From Holosporaceae bacterium (GTDB lineage Bacteria; Pseudomonadota; Alphaproteobacteria; UBA3830): 39,150 nucleotides of DNA. The stretch's first letter is position 1; the number at the start of each line of letters is the position of its first letter. The notes under the pieces were generated by a model that saw only the letters and a list, made by a program, of their open reading frames with translations, made no database searches and was not told where the DNA came from. Of this stretch, positions 1-9,087 are shown in pieces. Both the position numbers and the translations under genes were made by a program. The stretch covers positions 1 to 39,150 of the forward strand of contig JAISOD010000049.1 of assembly GCA_031275895.1 (NCBI GenBank), in the 5' to 3' direction.

Positions 1-563
1 AGACTTTTGACAGTATCCCTCAGCAGATGGCAAATTACTCCGCCTGTAATGGGATCCAATCCAGACGTAGGCTCGTCGAATAGCAGAATCTCTGGTTCTA
101 CAGCGATTGCCCTTGCCATGGCGGCTCGCTTCTGCATACCTCCAGATATTTCAGATGGATATAGATCAAAAACTCTTGGTTCTAACCCAACGGCCAACAA
201 TTTCTCAGCAGCAATTTTACGACATTGGGATATATTTTTTTTCGTCTGTCTAATACCAAATTCCACATTCTCGATAATACTCATGGAATCGAACAGAGCG
301 TTGCCCTGGAATAATATGCTAAACTTTCTCATGTATTCATTGTAACGAGACGGATCTTTCACGCTTATGCCGTCTACGCATATGTCTCCGGAATCAATTT
401 CCATAATTCCCAACAAGCACTTTAGTAACACAGACTTCCCGCAGCCGGATTGGCCCAATATTATGTGAGACTCTCCTTTTTCTATACTCAAAGAAATTCC
501 CTTGAGGACTTCCAGCCCTCCGGAAAATGATTTGCGAACGCAATCAAAAGTTATTTTACTCAT
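1..563 (-). CDS. mlaF: ABC transporter ATP-binding protein, MlaF-like (partial; C-terminus runs off the window)
   Basis: My reverse-strand translation from the ATG at 563-561 reads MSKITFDCVRKSF..GQSGCGKS (Walker A)..ISGGMQKR (ABC signature)..LLFDEPTSGLD (Walker B). The start overlaps the stop of the permease gene (ATGA). It is absent from the ORF track because it has no stop in the window. The + strand ORF 7..345 is its antisense shadow. Confidence 0.85.
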   Translation of the reverse strand, partial: MSKITFDCVRKSFSGGLEVLKGISLSIEKGESHIILGQSGCGKSVLLKCLLGIMEIDSGDICVDGISVKDPSRYNEYMRKFSILFQGNALFDSMSIIENVEFGIRQTKKNISQCRKIAAEKLLAVGLEPRVFDLYPSEISGGMQKRAAMARAIAVEPEILLFDEPTSGLDPITGGVICHLLRDTVKS

Positions 564-1336
564 ATTCCAAAAAACAACGCCGTTAATAGATAATTTAAAA
601 CCAAAATACCGATACAGGACGATACAACGGCACTTGTGGTGGCGTTGCCAACTCCTCTAGCTCCGAGATCGCAGTGAAACCCATGGTAACATCCAAAACA
701 GGCGACAGAGAGTCCGAAAAATGCAGCCTTTACCAATCCGGAAATCACATCGATCAGCTCCATATTTCTGACCGTCTGAGCAACATAGGAGCCGGCTGAA
801 AAGTCCAGCAGCGTGGTCGACACCAAAAATCCTCCCATTACGCCTATAACGTCGGCGATTAGCACCAGAAATGGCACCATAAGCACTCCTGCAATGATTC
901 GCGGAGCTACCAAGAACTTATAGGGATCCACGCCCATGGTGACGAGAGCGTCAATTTGCTCGCTAACCCGCATTGAGCCAATTTCAGCGGCGATGGAGGA
1001 ACTCGTCCTGCCGGCGACCATTAATCCAGCAAAAACAGGCCCCAATTCTCGCGTAATGGATATCACGACAACGGAGGCAACTGCTCCTTCCGCATTGAAT
1101 CTTGTGAACCCGACGTAGGTTTGAAGAGCCAAAACCATGCCGGCAAAAATAGCAGTTAATCCGACTATTGGTAGAGAGTAAAACCCTATCGCCGTTAATT
1201 GACGAAATATTTCTTTCCAGAAAAACGGCGGCAAGAAGCAACTTTTAACACCGCGAGCCGTAAAAATGGAGATCATACCTATCTCCTGCAACGACGCTAA
1301 CGCATAACTTCCCAGAGTAGATATCGGTTTAGACAT
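560..1336 (-). CDS. mlaE: MlaE/Ttg2B-family ABC transporter permease (phospholipid/lipid asymmetry maintenance)
   Basis: A 258-aa multi-TM protein with the family-typical segment ITRELGPVFAGLMVAGRTSSSIAAEIGSMRVSEQIDALVTMGVDP. It is tightly coupled to the downstream ATPase gene. Confidence 0.9.
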   Translation of the reverse strand: MSKPISTLGSYALASLQEIGMISIFTARGVKSCFLPPFFWKEIFRQLTAIGFYSLPIVGLTAIFAGMVLALQTYVGFTRFNAEGAVASVVVISITRELGPVFAGLMVAGRTSSSIAAEIGSMRVSEQIDALVTMGVDPYKFLVAPRIIAGVLMVPFLVLIADVIGVMGGFLVSTTLLDFSAGSYVAQTVRNMELIDVISGLVKAAFFGLSVACFGCYHGFHCDLGARGVGNATTSAVVSSCIGILVLNYLLTALFFGI

Positions 1337-2466
1337 TATGCTTCTCCCAAATAAACTCTTTTAACTCTTTGACCAAACCGGCACGCTACTTCATAGGGCA
1401 AAGTTCCTAACTCCAGAGACCATTTCTCCAGAGTATAGTCCGGAGTCCTAGTTAAGGCTACCCAATTGCCGATCTTCAAATGCGATTCGTCCACATCGGT
1501 TGCGTCTAACGCGAGATAATCCATGGATATTCTACCAATCATGGGAATCTTTTTTCCAGCTAAAAATCCATACCCGAAGCCGGAAAATTTACGCATAAAA
1601 CCGTCGGCATAGCCCATACCCAAAGTTATGGTCTTCATATCTCTAGTAGCCGTAAACGTCGCTCCATAGCCGATTGTTTCTCCTGCCTTTAGCGAATTTA
1701 CCTGAACGATTCTAGAAAAAATATCTGCAATTGGAAGCATGGATCCTATTTTATCATCTCGAATGGCGATGCCGTACAATGTTTTACCTGGCCTTATCAA
1801 GTCAAACAGATATTCTTTTCCCAGAAAAAAACCATAAGTGGCCGAAAGGCTTCCCTTCGGATTGCCCAATATCCTCAAAATACTCTTGAATTTATGCAGT
1901 TGCTCCGTATTCTTTTTGTGCTCCGGCATATCTGCGCAGGCCAAATGACTCATGACAAAAGATATATTCAGATGAGTCCTAATTCTTTCGTAATTGACGA
2001 CAGCATCCTCGGGCGAAAATCCATTTCTGCACATGCCAGTGTCTACGTGAACTACTGCATCGAGCTTTCGGTTCAATTTTTTCGCATGATTAATCCACAG
2101 ATCCGCCTGATATATTCCATTCAAAACCGGAGTTAAATTGTGGGAAGTCAACATGTCTTCCGTATAGTCCAAAAGGCCGCTCAGAACAAAAATTTGAGCG
2201 TCGGAGCTTAAGACTTCACGAACCGCGACTCCTTCGGCTATGGTCGCCACAAAAAACTGGCGACAGCCCTCTTTATACAGTCGTTTGCTGACTGGAATTG
2301 CTCCAAATCCGTAGGAATCAGCTTTTATGACGCTTCCAATTTGGACGTTACCGATTCTACCTTGGATTTCGGCGTAATTTTTAGCGAGATTATCCAAATT
2401 TATAACGGAAACCGCTAAAACATGCGGCTCCACTCTATCTAAAGCTTCCGATATTTGATCATTCAT
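1336..2466 (-). CDS. alr: alanine racemase
   Basis: The PLP-lysine motif VIKADSYGFG and a typical C-terminal half (GYGATF..ITLGMGYADG..GRISMD). The start is placed at the ATG at 2466 (MNDQISEAL), 8 nt inside the dnaB stop; the ORF stays open to 2520. The stop overlaps the mlaE start by 1 nt. Confidence 0.88.
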   Translation of the reverse strand: MNDQISEALDRVEPHVLAVSVINLDNLAKNYAEIQGRIGNVQIGSVIKADSYGFGAIPVSKRLYKEGCRQFFVATIAEGVAVREVLSSDAQIFVLSGLLDYTEDMLTSHNLTPVLNGIYQADLWINHAKKLNRKLDAVVHVDTGMCRNGFSPEDAVVNYERIRTHLNISFVMSHLACADMPEHKKNTEQLHKFKSILRILGNPKGSLSATYGFFLGKEYLFDLIRPGKTLYGIAIRDDKIGSMLPIADIFSRIVQVNSLKAGETIGYGATFTATRDMKTITLGMGYADGFMRKFSGFGYGFLAGKKIPMIGRISMDYLALDATDVDESHLKIGNWVALTRTPDYTLEKWSLELGTLPYEVACRFGQRVKRVYLGEA

Positions 2467-3919
2467 AACTGCTCTTTCGACTGTCTGACAAATTATCAAA
2501 TTTTGTATATTTGCCGTCAAAAAATAATCTTACGGTCCCAACCGGACCATGGCGCTGCTTAGCGACGATCACCTCCGCCAGATTATATATTTTCGACATT
2601 TTATCCAGCCATTCTGCATGCTTCGGTGTTCCAGGAGAAGGTTCTCGACGAGCTTCGTAATATTCTTCCCGATACACGAACATAACCACGTCTGCATCCT
2701 GTTCTATGGATCCAGATTCGCGGAGATCCGCCAACTGAGGGCGCTTATCGTCTCGAGCTTCAACGGCGCGCGACAATTGAGATAGAGCCAACACTGGAAT
2801 ATCCAATTCTTTGGCTAAGGCTTTCAGAGCTCTAGTGATCTCGGCAATTTCCTGAACTCTATTTTCGTTTCTTTTGTCGCTATTTCCAGAAAGAAGTTGC
2901 AGGTAATCGATCACTATTAGATCGAGTCCATATTGGCGCTTCAATTTCCGTGCGCGCGTTCTGAGAAACTGAGCCGTAAGCGCCGGAGTATCGTCTATGA
3001 ACAGCGGTAACTCGGCCAAATTTTTGTTTGCTTCAACAATTTTCATAAAATCTTCGTCTTTTATTTCTCCGCGTCGTATCCTTTCGGAGGGAATGGCGCA
3101 TTCCTGTGATAAAACTCTGGTTACCAATTGCTCGGAAGACATTTCAAGCGAAAAAAACGCCACTTTCCCTCCGCCGTCGGCATTTTTCATCCGAGCCATG
3201 GCTGCGTGAAACGCAATATTAGTGGCCAACGCAGTTTTACCCATGGAAGGCCGCCCTGCTAGAATTATCAAGTCCGACCTATTGAGTCCGCCCAGCAACT
3301 TATTCAGGTCTATGAAACCACTGGTGACGCCGGTGATGCTGCTGTCGCTTTTATAGGCCCTTTCCGCTATTTTAATTGCGTCCGCCGATGCTCCGGAAAA
3401 TGAAACCAATCCACGCTGATCATTGGCAACGGAAAGATCGTATAGTCTGGTCTCCGCTTTCTCTATCTGATCCTTGGCTTTGCTGTTTAACTCGAATGTC
3501 AAGGCTTCCTGAGACATATCCTCGCCGATCAATATCAGCTGACGGCGCAGATATAATTCATAGATGAGCTTTGCGTAATCGTTAACTCCGGAAATCGATA
3601 CTACCGCGTTGACCAATTGCACGAGATAGTCTCCTCCGCCCACGTCCCGCAATTCATCATGCTTTTCAAAGTAAGCTTTTAGGGTAATGGGATCGGCAAT
3701 CAGACCTTGAGATATTAATTTGCCTATGGCGTCGAAAATCTTTCCATTAACCGCAGTAGCAAAATGCACTGGGAAAAGCGATTCGGATATGTTCTCGAAG
3801 CACTCGTTATTCAACATAATCGCCCCAAGAAGCGATTGCTCAGCTTCGATATTGTGAGGTAGAACCCTCATTTTCTGCTCTTTTGTCGTATTCATAACGT
3901 CTAAAGAATCCAAATACAT
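2459..3919 (-). CDS. dnaB: replicative DNA helicase DnaB
   Basis: N-terminal PHNIEAEQSLLGAIM, Walker A GRPSMGKTALATNIA, Walker B LIVIDYLQLL and C-terminal AKQRHGPVGTVRLFFDGKYTKF. The exact start is uncertain (Met at residue 1, 9 or 17). Confidence 0.95.
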   Translation of the reverse strand: MYLDSLDVMNTTKEQKMRVLPHNIEAEQSLLGAIMLNNECFENISESLFPVHFATAVNGKIFDAIGKLISQGLIADPITLKAYFEKHDELRDVGGGDYLVQLVNAVVSISGVNDYAKLIYELYLRRQLILIGEDMSQEALTFELNSKAKDQIEKAETRLYDLSVANDQRGLVSFSGASADAIKIAERAYKSDSSITGVTSGFIDLNKLLGGLNRSDLIILAGRPSMGKTALATNIAFHAAMARMKNADGGGKVAFFSLEMSSEQLVTRVLSQECAIPSERIRRGEIKDEDFMKIVEANKNLAELPLFIDDTPALTAQFLRTRARKLKRQYGLDLIVIDYLQLLSGNSDKRNENRVQEIAEITRALKALAKELDIPVLALSQLSRAVEARDDKRPQLADLRESGSIEQDADVVMFVYREEYYEARREPSPGTPKHAEWLDKMSKIYNLAEVIVAKQRHGPVGTVRLFFDGKYTKFDNLSDSRKSSYE

Positions 3920-3988
3920 TCTCTTGGAGATGATAGCTAATTATACATCAAGCCGTCGCCCAATGCTAGTAAGTCATGCCTAATGCAA

Positions 3989-4026
3989 CGCGAACCATGG
4001 ATTAGAACGCTAATCCATAATTCGCG
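3989..4026. other. Long imperfect hairpin in the dnaB / portal intergenic region
   Basis: CGCGAA-cc-ATGGATTAG-aacg-CTAATCCAT-aa-TTCGCG: a perfect 9-bp stem (3997-4018) extended by a 6-bp stem across a 2x2 internal loop. No T-run follows, so this is not a canonical terminator. Confidence 0.35.
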
Positions 4027-4223
4027 CTATACAAATCTGTTCGCCATTGCGTTTTAAACGTCATAAAATGGTTAATTTTTATGGATAGAGCATGATATTT
4101 TTACGGTTAGTATATTGAATAATAAGCATTTTCAAAAAAATACTTGATTTTTATAAAAAAATATATGAACATGATGACGTTCAACACAAAAAAAATAATA
4201 CCAAAAATATAACGGAGGCAAAT

Positions 4224-5333
4224 GTGCTTAATTTGTTGAAGCATTTTGGCGCCCAAAGGAAAGATAATTTCTTCGCCTATCACGGCGTTGGCGATCCTCG
4301 ATGGACGCCCTGCGAATATGGAGCTCTTGCGGAGGAAGGATTCCAAAAGAACGTGTTCGCCTACAGAGCTATTAATTTAATTTCTAAAAGCATCTCTTCT
4401 ATTCCCATAATGGTCAAAAAAGATGAGGGCACAGCGGAAAATGACGCTATAGCAGAAATTCTACAGAGACCAAATAGCCGTCAAAGTAGGAGTTCGTTTC
4501 TAGAAAACGTGGTGAATTATCTCATGATTTCTGGGAATGCCTTTGTACACTGCGATGATAACGAGGAATTGCACTGTCTGCGCAGCGATCGCGTTCAAAT
4601 AATTCCCAACGCGTCTAAAACTACCGTCGATTCCTATACTTACGGCGTTGATTCTTCCAAATTTAATTTGAAAAAGGAAGACATTTTACACCTGAAGTTT
4701 TTCAATCCCTTAAACGATTGGTATGGATTCAGTCCTATGCAAGCAGCCTTTCGCTCCATAGATCAATATAATGAGATGTCTAATCATAATTTAGCCGTCA
4801 TGCAAAATGGCGGGCGACCTTCAGGTTGCTTGGTTGTAAAGAACGCGGAGAATCTTACGGAAGAACAGAGAGCGCAGCTAAGATCTGATATCCAAGGCGC
4901 TTATGCGGGCGCAAAGAATGCTGGAAGAGTCATGATTCTGGAAGGCGGCTTGGAATGGAAAGAAATGGGCCAGTCACTGAAGGACTTGGACTTTGATTCC
5001 GGCAGAAATACCGTTGCTCGCGAGATAGCTCAGGCATTTGGCGTTCCTCCAGTTTTAATGGGAATTCAAGACTCTGCTTTCATGAGTTACAAGGAAGCGA
5101 GACTACATTTTTGGGAGGACACGATTTTGCCTCTGGCCGAATTTATTCGCCTGGAGTTCAGCAACTGGCTATCCATTAAATTTAGGAAGCGTGTTGAAAT
5201 AATTTTTGACCTCGATGCGGTCTCCGCGCTCTCATCTCGCCGCGAAAGTCTCTGGAACAAAATATCAAACGCAGATTTCCTAACTATTGATGAAAAAAGA
5301 GAAATTTTGGGATATCTGCCCGCAAAAGAATAG
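4224..5333 (+). CDS. phage/GTA portal protein, HK97 family
   Basis: GTG start 5 nt after GGAGG. Family-typical segments include YRAINLISKSISSIP, RPNS, GNAF, FNPLNDWYGFSPMQAA, NAGRVMILEGGLEWKEMG, AREIAQAFGVPPVLMG and LTIDEKREILGY. Confidence 0.93.
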   Translation: MLNLLKHFGAQRKDNFFAYHGVGDPRWTPCEYGALAEEGFQKNVFAYRAINLISKSISSIPIMVKKDEGTAENDAIAEILQRPNSRQSRSSFLENVVNYLMISGNAFVHCDDNEELHCLRSDRVQIIPNASKTTVDSYTYGVDSSKFNLKKEDILHLKFFNPLNDWYGFSPMQAAFRSIDQYNEMSNHNLAVMQNGGRPSGCLVVKNAENLTEEQRAQLRSDIQGAYAGAKNAGRVMILEGGLEWKEMGQSLKDLDFDSGRNTVAREIAQAFGVPPVLMGIQDSAFMSYKEARLHFWEDTILPLAEFIRLEFSNWLSIKFRKRVEIIFDLDAVSALSSRRESLWNKISNADFLTIDEKREILGYLPAKE

Positions 5334-5340
5334 GTAAAAT

Positions 5341-5859
5341 ATGAAATTTTTAACGCCATGTTTGCATATAAAATCGATGCAGGACGATGGAGAAATTTCC
5401 GGATACGCCAGTGTGTTTAACATGGCTGACGGATACGGCGACGTAGTTCTAAAGGGAGCTTTCGCGACCGCCGTCAATGATTTTAAATCGGGGAAGAGAC
5501 CGAAACTACTCTGGCAGCACGATGTAAATTCTCCGATTGGAGTAATTGAAGACATTGTGGAAGACAATTACGGGCTTTTTATTGGATGTTGCCTTCTCAT
5601 GGAGATACCAAAAGCAAAAGAAATTTACCATTTGCTGAAAAATAAGGCCATCGACGGGTTTTCCATCGGCTACAGGATAAGAGACAGCTATTTTAGCAAT
5701 AATAATCAGTATCTTACCGACATCGATCTGCTGGAAGTATCCATCGTTACATTTCCAGCGTGCCAATCGGCCGTCGTGGAAGATGTAAAGAGTCAATTGT
5801 ATGTCCTGCAAAAAATCAAAGAAATATCTAACAAATTGAAAAGGAAAATAAATGGATAG
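5341..5859 (+). CDS. HK97-family prohead maturation protease
   Basis: EISGYASVFNMADGYGDVVLKGAF, KLLWQHD, PIGV, IDGFSIGY and LLEVSIVTFPA. Its position between the portal and capsid genes fits the call. Confidence 0.9.
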   Translation: MKFLTPCLHIKSMQDDGEISGYASVFNMADGYGDVVLKGAFATAVNDFKSGKRPKLLWQHDVNSPIGVIEDIVEDNYGLFIGCCLLMEIPKAKEIYHLLKNKAIDGFSIGYRIRDSYFSNNNQYLTDIDLLEVSIVTFPACQSAVVEDVKSQLYVLQKIKEISNKLKRKING

Positions 5860-6967
5860 AGAAATACAGCAAGCTATTTCCGAATTAAGTGAAAACGTAA
5901 ATGGCTTTATAAAAAACAATGAGAAAACGCACCTAAAAGCGAAAAATGAAATGGCAGCTCTGCCTCTGTCGGAGAATCTAAACGACGATACCTACAGAAA
6001 GTCGAATTTTTCCTCATACATTCGCCATGGAGTCGATCATTTTCTTACGAAATCCATGAGCGACAAAACTGGAGAGAGCGGCGGGCATCTGATTCCGCAG
6101 GAAATAGCCCTGCACATTAATGAAAAATTGAAGAGCCTTTCTCCCATGAGAGCGATTTCTCGCGCCATCACCATATCGACGAGCTCCGTGGATATATTGG
6201 TGGACTCAAAATTGCCTGAGGCCGGCTGGGCGGCGAGTACGAACGATAGTAGAGATGAAACTGACTCGCCGGAAATCAAGAAAATCAAAATTCCCGTTCA
6301 TGAAATTTTTGCGAAACCAACGGCCAGTCAGAAGCTTCTGGACGACTCGCAAATCAATGTGGAGGAATGGCTGATTACCAAAATTGCGGAAAAAATAGCC
6401 GCGCTGGAAAATAGCGCCTTTGTGAACGGGGACGGCAACAATAAACCTCACGGATTCTTGCAGTGCGAGTCTTCCGATGAAGCAAAGAGGGACTTCGGCA
6501 AGTTGCAGCATTTTTACACGGGAGCTAAAGGGAATTTTGCAGCCGACGACAAGGCTGTAGATATCCTCGTCGATATGGTTTGTTCCATTAGGCCAATTTA
6601 TGTAAAGAATGCCAAATGGATCATGTCCAGAGCCGCTTTGGCCAAAATCAGAAAATTGAAGAATAAGGACGGCGGATACCTATGGCAGCCGTCCACGGCT
6701 GAATCGTGCCCGTCGAGTCTGCTGGGCTATCCGGTGATCATTGACGACGATATGCCGGGGATTACGGAAGGCGCCGAATCAACCTCGATTGCATTTGGTG
6801 ATTTCTACTCCGGATACCAAATAGTCGACAGGCAGGGACTGCAGATTTTAAGGGATCCCTACACGTCGAAGCCTTTTGTGGAATTTTACGCCTCCAAGCG
6901 CACCGGAGGAGAAGTGGTGGATTTCGACGCGATTAAATTGCTGAAATTCGCTGAAAAATCAGAATAA
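5852..6967 (+). CDS. HK97-family major capsid protein
   Basis: GGHLIPQEI, MRAISR, LLDDSQINVEEWL, ENSAFVNGDGNNKPHGFL, KLKNKDGGYLWQPS, LLGYPVIIDDDMP, IAFGDFYSGYQIVDRQGLQILRDPYTSKPFVEFYASKRTGG. It overlaps the protease stop by 8 nt. Confidence 0.95.
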   Translation: MDREIQQAISELSENVNGFIKNNEKTHLKAKNEMAALPLSENLNDDTYRKSNFSSYIRHGVDHFLTKSMSDKTGESGGHLIPQEIALHINEKLKSLSPMRAISRAITISTSSVDILVDSKLPEAGWAASTNDSRDETDSPEIKKIKIPVHEIFAKPTASQKLLDDSQINVEEWLITKIAEKIAALENSAFVNGDGNNKPHGFLQCESSDEAKRDFGKLQHFYTGAKGNFAADDKAVDILVDMVCSIRPIYVKNAKWIMSRAALAKIRKLKNKDGGYLWQPSTAESCPSSLLGYPVIIDDDMPGITEGAESTSIAFGDFYSGYQIVDRQGLQILRDPYTSKPFVEFYASKRTGGEVVDFDAIKLLKFAEKSE

Positions 6968-6985
6968 TTTTATGGAGAACAAACT

Positions 6986-7585
6986 GTGCAACTAAATCTT
7001 ATAAAAAAACCGGAAAGCGAGATTATATCGCTGCAGGAAACAAAAAATTACCTGCGCCTGGATCATGATTTCGACGATAATTTGATCGCAAGCACAATAA
7101 AATCTACTCGGGAAGCTCTTGAATCCATCATTCAGAAGTCTATTTTGAAGCAAACCTGGGAATATGTGCTGGACAATTGCTCCATTTGCAACTTTGATTT
7201 CGGCGAGAGCGACTATCCGAGCATTTTCTGCGATATCATAAAAATTCCGCTTCCCAAACCTCCGATTATGAAAATTGTCAGCGTTACAATCGATGGAAAG
7301 GAGCAGAAGGAAGTGAAATACTCCGTCGAAAAAATAAATTATAAGTTTTGTCTTTGCGTTAATTGCGGAAAGTCCATCTGCCGCAGGAATAAAATTTCCA
7401 TAAAAATCGTCTACAAAGCCGGAATCGCGGATAAAGTAGATAATATTCCCTATCAGCTGAAATTGGCCAATCTAATGCTGGTGGCGAACGCCTATCAGGA
7501 GAGATTTTCCTACAAACAGGATGGCGTCATTTCCCAGGGTGTGAAGCAGTTGCTCAGTCCGTTCTTGAATTTAAGAATTTTTTAG
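6986..7585 (+). CDS. head-tail connector protein (phage gp6-like / RcGTA g6-like)
   Basis: GTG start after GGAGAA. The N-terminus LQETKNYLRLDHDFDDNLIASTIKSTREALESI and the later IKIPLPKPPIMKIVSVTIDG match the gp6-like connector pattern. The synteny also fits. Confidence 0.78.
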   Translation: MQLNLIKKPESEIISLQETKNYLRLDHDFDDNLIASTIKSTREALESIIQKSILKQTWEYVLDNCSICNFDFGESDYPSIFCDIIKIPLPKPPIMKIVSVTIDGKEQKEVKYSVEKINYKFCLCVNCGKSICRRNKISIKIVYKAGIADKVDNIPYQLKLANLMLVANAYQERFSYKQDGVISQGVKQLLSPFLNLRIF

Positions 7586-7592
7586 GATTTTA

Positions 7593-7883
7593 ATGTTCAG
7601 AAATTTATTTGATACAAAAGTAAGAATAGAAGCGTTGGAGAAAAAATTATCAGCCGACAATCTGTGGATTTCGGAGTACAATCTTTGGAAGGAGGTTTGG
7701 GCTTCGATTTCCATTCGAGATATTTCCGCAAGGCGCGCGTTATACCTTTTTCGCATAAAGTGGCTGAAGGATTTTCCGCGGGACTTTCGCGTAGTCGTCA
7801 AGGATAAAATCTTCACTCCGACTCAATTCCCAATCGTAGAGCCGGCCAACAATCTGGTTCTATTTCATGCGGTTCTTAACTGA
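7593..7883 (+). CDS. head-tail adaptor / head-closure protein (RcGTA g7-like)
   Basis: A 96-aa protein with KVRIE...WKEVWASIS, resembling the Phage_H_T_join pattern. It sits directly after the connector gene. Confidence 0.6.
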   Translation: MFRNLFDTKVRIEALEKKLSADNLWISEYNLWKEVWASISIRDISARRALYLFRIKWLKDFPRDFRVVVKDKIFTPTQFPIVEPANNLVLFHAVLN

Positions 7884-7927
7884 CCCGCAGATAAATACAA
7901 CAACGTTTTAAGCATAAGGAGAACAGA

Positions 7928-8308
7928 ATGCTACCCTGGGATATGGGCGTTATAAACGCCATAAAGCAAGGATTAAAATGGCCGATTTTTCCATCTAAAC
8001 CTCCGGAAGAGTTGAGAAAAACGCCGCATCTTATTTTTGAGTTACAAAATGTTCTACAAGGGAAAAATTTAATGTCTAGGGCAGAGTTTTTGATTACCAT
8101 TGTGGATAGGGACGAGGTTACTGGAACCGCCTTTGAAATTCTCAAAGCCATCAACAAAATTATCAGCAAAGAGCTGACGCTATTTCAGGGTAACTGCGCC
8201 ATTGGATCGGCGAAAATAAAAATAAATTCCGTTGCAAGTAAGGAAAATAGCCTTATATTAAACCTGGTGGCAATACTGCAGCTAAAGGCAATTTATGAAG
8301 ACCAGTAA
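7928..8308 (+). CDS. hypothetical phage/GTA structural protein (position of RcGTA g8, DUF3168-like)
   Basis: A good SD (AGGAG) and a 126-aa size. The call rests on synteny and size only; I recognise no decisive motif. Confidence 0.4.
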   Translation: MLPWDMGVINAIKQGLKWPIFPSKPPEELRKTPHLIFELQNVLQGKNLMSRAEFLITIVDRDEVTGTAFEILKAINKIISKELTLFQGNCAIGSAKIKINSVASKENSLILNLVAILQLKAIYEDQ

Positions 8309-8325
8309 TTGGCGAAGGAGTTACT

Positions 8326-8439
8326 GTGACAAAAGAAGTTAATGATGAAAATAGAGGGGATTCTGCGGAAGAATTGGGCGAATATCTGGAGCGTCTATCG
8401 AGAACCACGCCCACAACCATGCCTGAATGGATGAATTGA
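8326..8439 (+). CDS. small acidic hypothetical protein (37 aa)
   Basis: Not in the ORF track (too short). A GTG start lies 6 nt after AAGGAG, and the stop lies 1 nt before the next ATG. It reads VTKEVNDENRGDSAEELGEYLERLSRTTPTTMPEWMN. Confidence 0.35.
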   Translation: MTKEVNDENRGDSAEELGEYLERLSRTTPTTMPEWMN

Positions 8440-8440
8440 A

Positions 8441-8950
8441 ATGCATGAATCAAATTTAATATTGGGCATTGCAGGACTTCCGCCGGAAAGCGCTAGAAAT
8501 TGCGTTCAGGAGCTCTTTCCCATTCCAAGCGGGGAATTTAAAAAATCCATTAACGGCGATCTGTTATTTCTGGAGACGAGCGAACGTAAGCGCTATAAAA
8601 GCATAATCACCTGCCGAGATGTGAATTCTCCGTTGGTGGATAGAGTTTGGATTGGCTCTCAGATTACGCTGGGATGCATCCAAAATTTATGGCAGTCAAT
8701 TAGCCCCGGCTCTACGGAAGCTCAGCTAATACGCCCTGCCGTTGAAGGATCCGTTTGCGTCGTAAATAGTTTCGGAGATCCGATAAGATTCAGCTCCCCC
8801 GATAATCATGTAAAACTCTACAAATCGTACGAAGACGTAGTATTCCTATGCTTCAGGCCATGGTTGACCATGTGCGTTACTGATTTCTCGTTGGAGACGG
8901 ACGAATGGAAAATGCAGGGCGGCTGGAAATTGGTTTTGGAAGAGATATAG
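8441..8950 (+). CDS. hypothetical protein, last gene of the head cluster
   Basis: A 169-aa ORF tightly packed after the small ORF. I can see no similarity to the GTA major tail protein or any other family. Confidence 0.45.
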   Translation: MHESNLILGIAGLPPESARNCVQELFPIPSGEFKKSINGDLLFLETSERKRYKSIITCRDVNSPLVDRVWIGSQITLGCIQNLWQSISPGSTEAQLIRPAVEGSVCVVNSFGDPIRFSSPDNHVKLYKSYEDVVFLCFRPWLTMCVTDFSLETDEWKMQGGWKLVLEEI

Positions 8951-9087
8951 CGGTGCGGCAAATGTGGCTTTTATGTCACTGCCGTGAAGATATCGTTTTT
9001 AAACGCAAACGCCATGTGGATTTTGTTAAGGACTTTCTGCTACTATCGGCACGCATGGTGCGTTTGTTTTGATAGAAGGGTTATGAC

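Noticed and set aside
7-345. 112-aa + strand ORF at the left edge
   Set aside because: It lies antisense to a clearly recognisable ABC ATPase gene (Walker A, signature and Walker B motifs on the minus strand). It has no RBS or motif of its own.
3920-4223. Search for CtrA-type boxes (TTAA-N7-TTAAC) upstream of the GTA-like head genes
   Set aside because: I scanned the intergenic region by eye. The TTAA half-sites present are spaced by 14 nt or lack the second half-site, so no convincing box was found.
4107-4346. 79-aa minus-strand ORF overlapping the portal gene start
   Set aside because: It is made of AT-rich low-complexity sequence (FIYFFIKIKYFF) in the promoter region and overlaps the well-supported portal start. 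It looks spurious.
9049-9070. Possible intrinsic terminator after the head cluster (ACGCA-tgg-TGCGT followed by TTGTTTT)
   Set aside because: The stem is only 5 bp with a 3-nt loop and an interrupted T-run. This is too weak to call.
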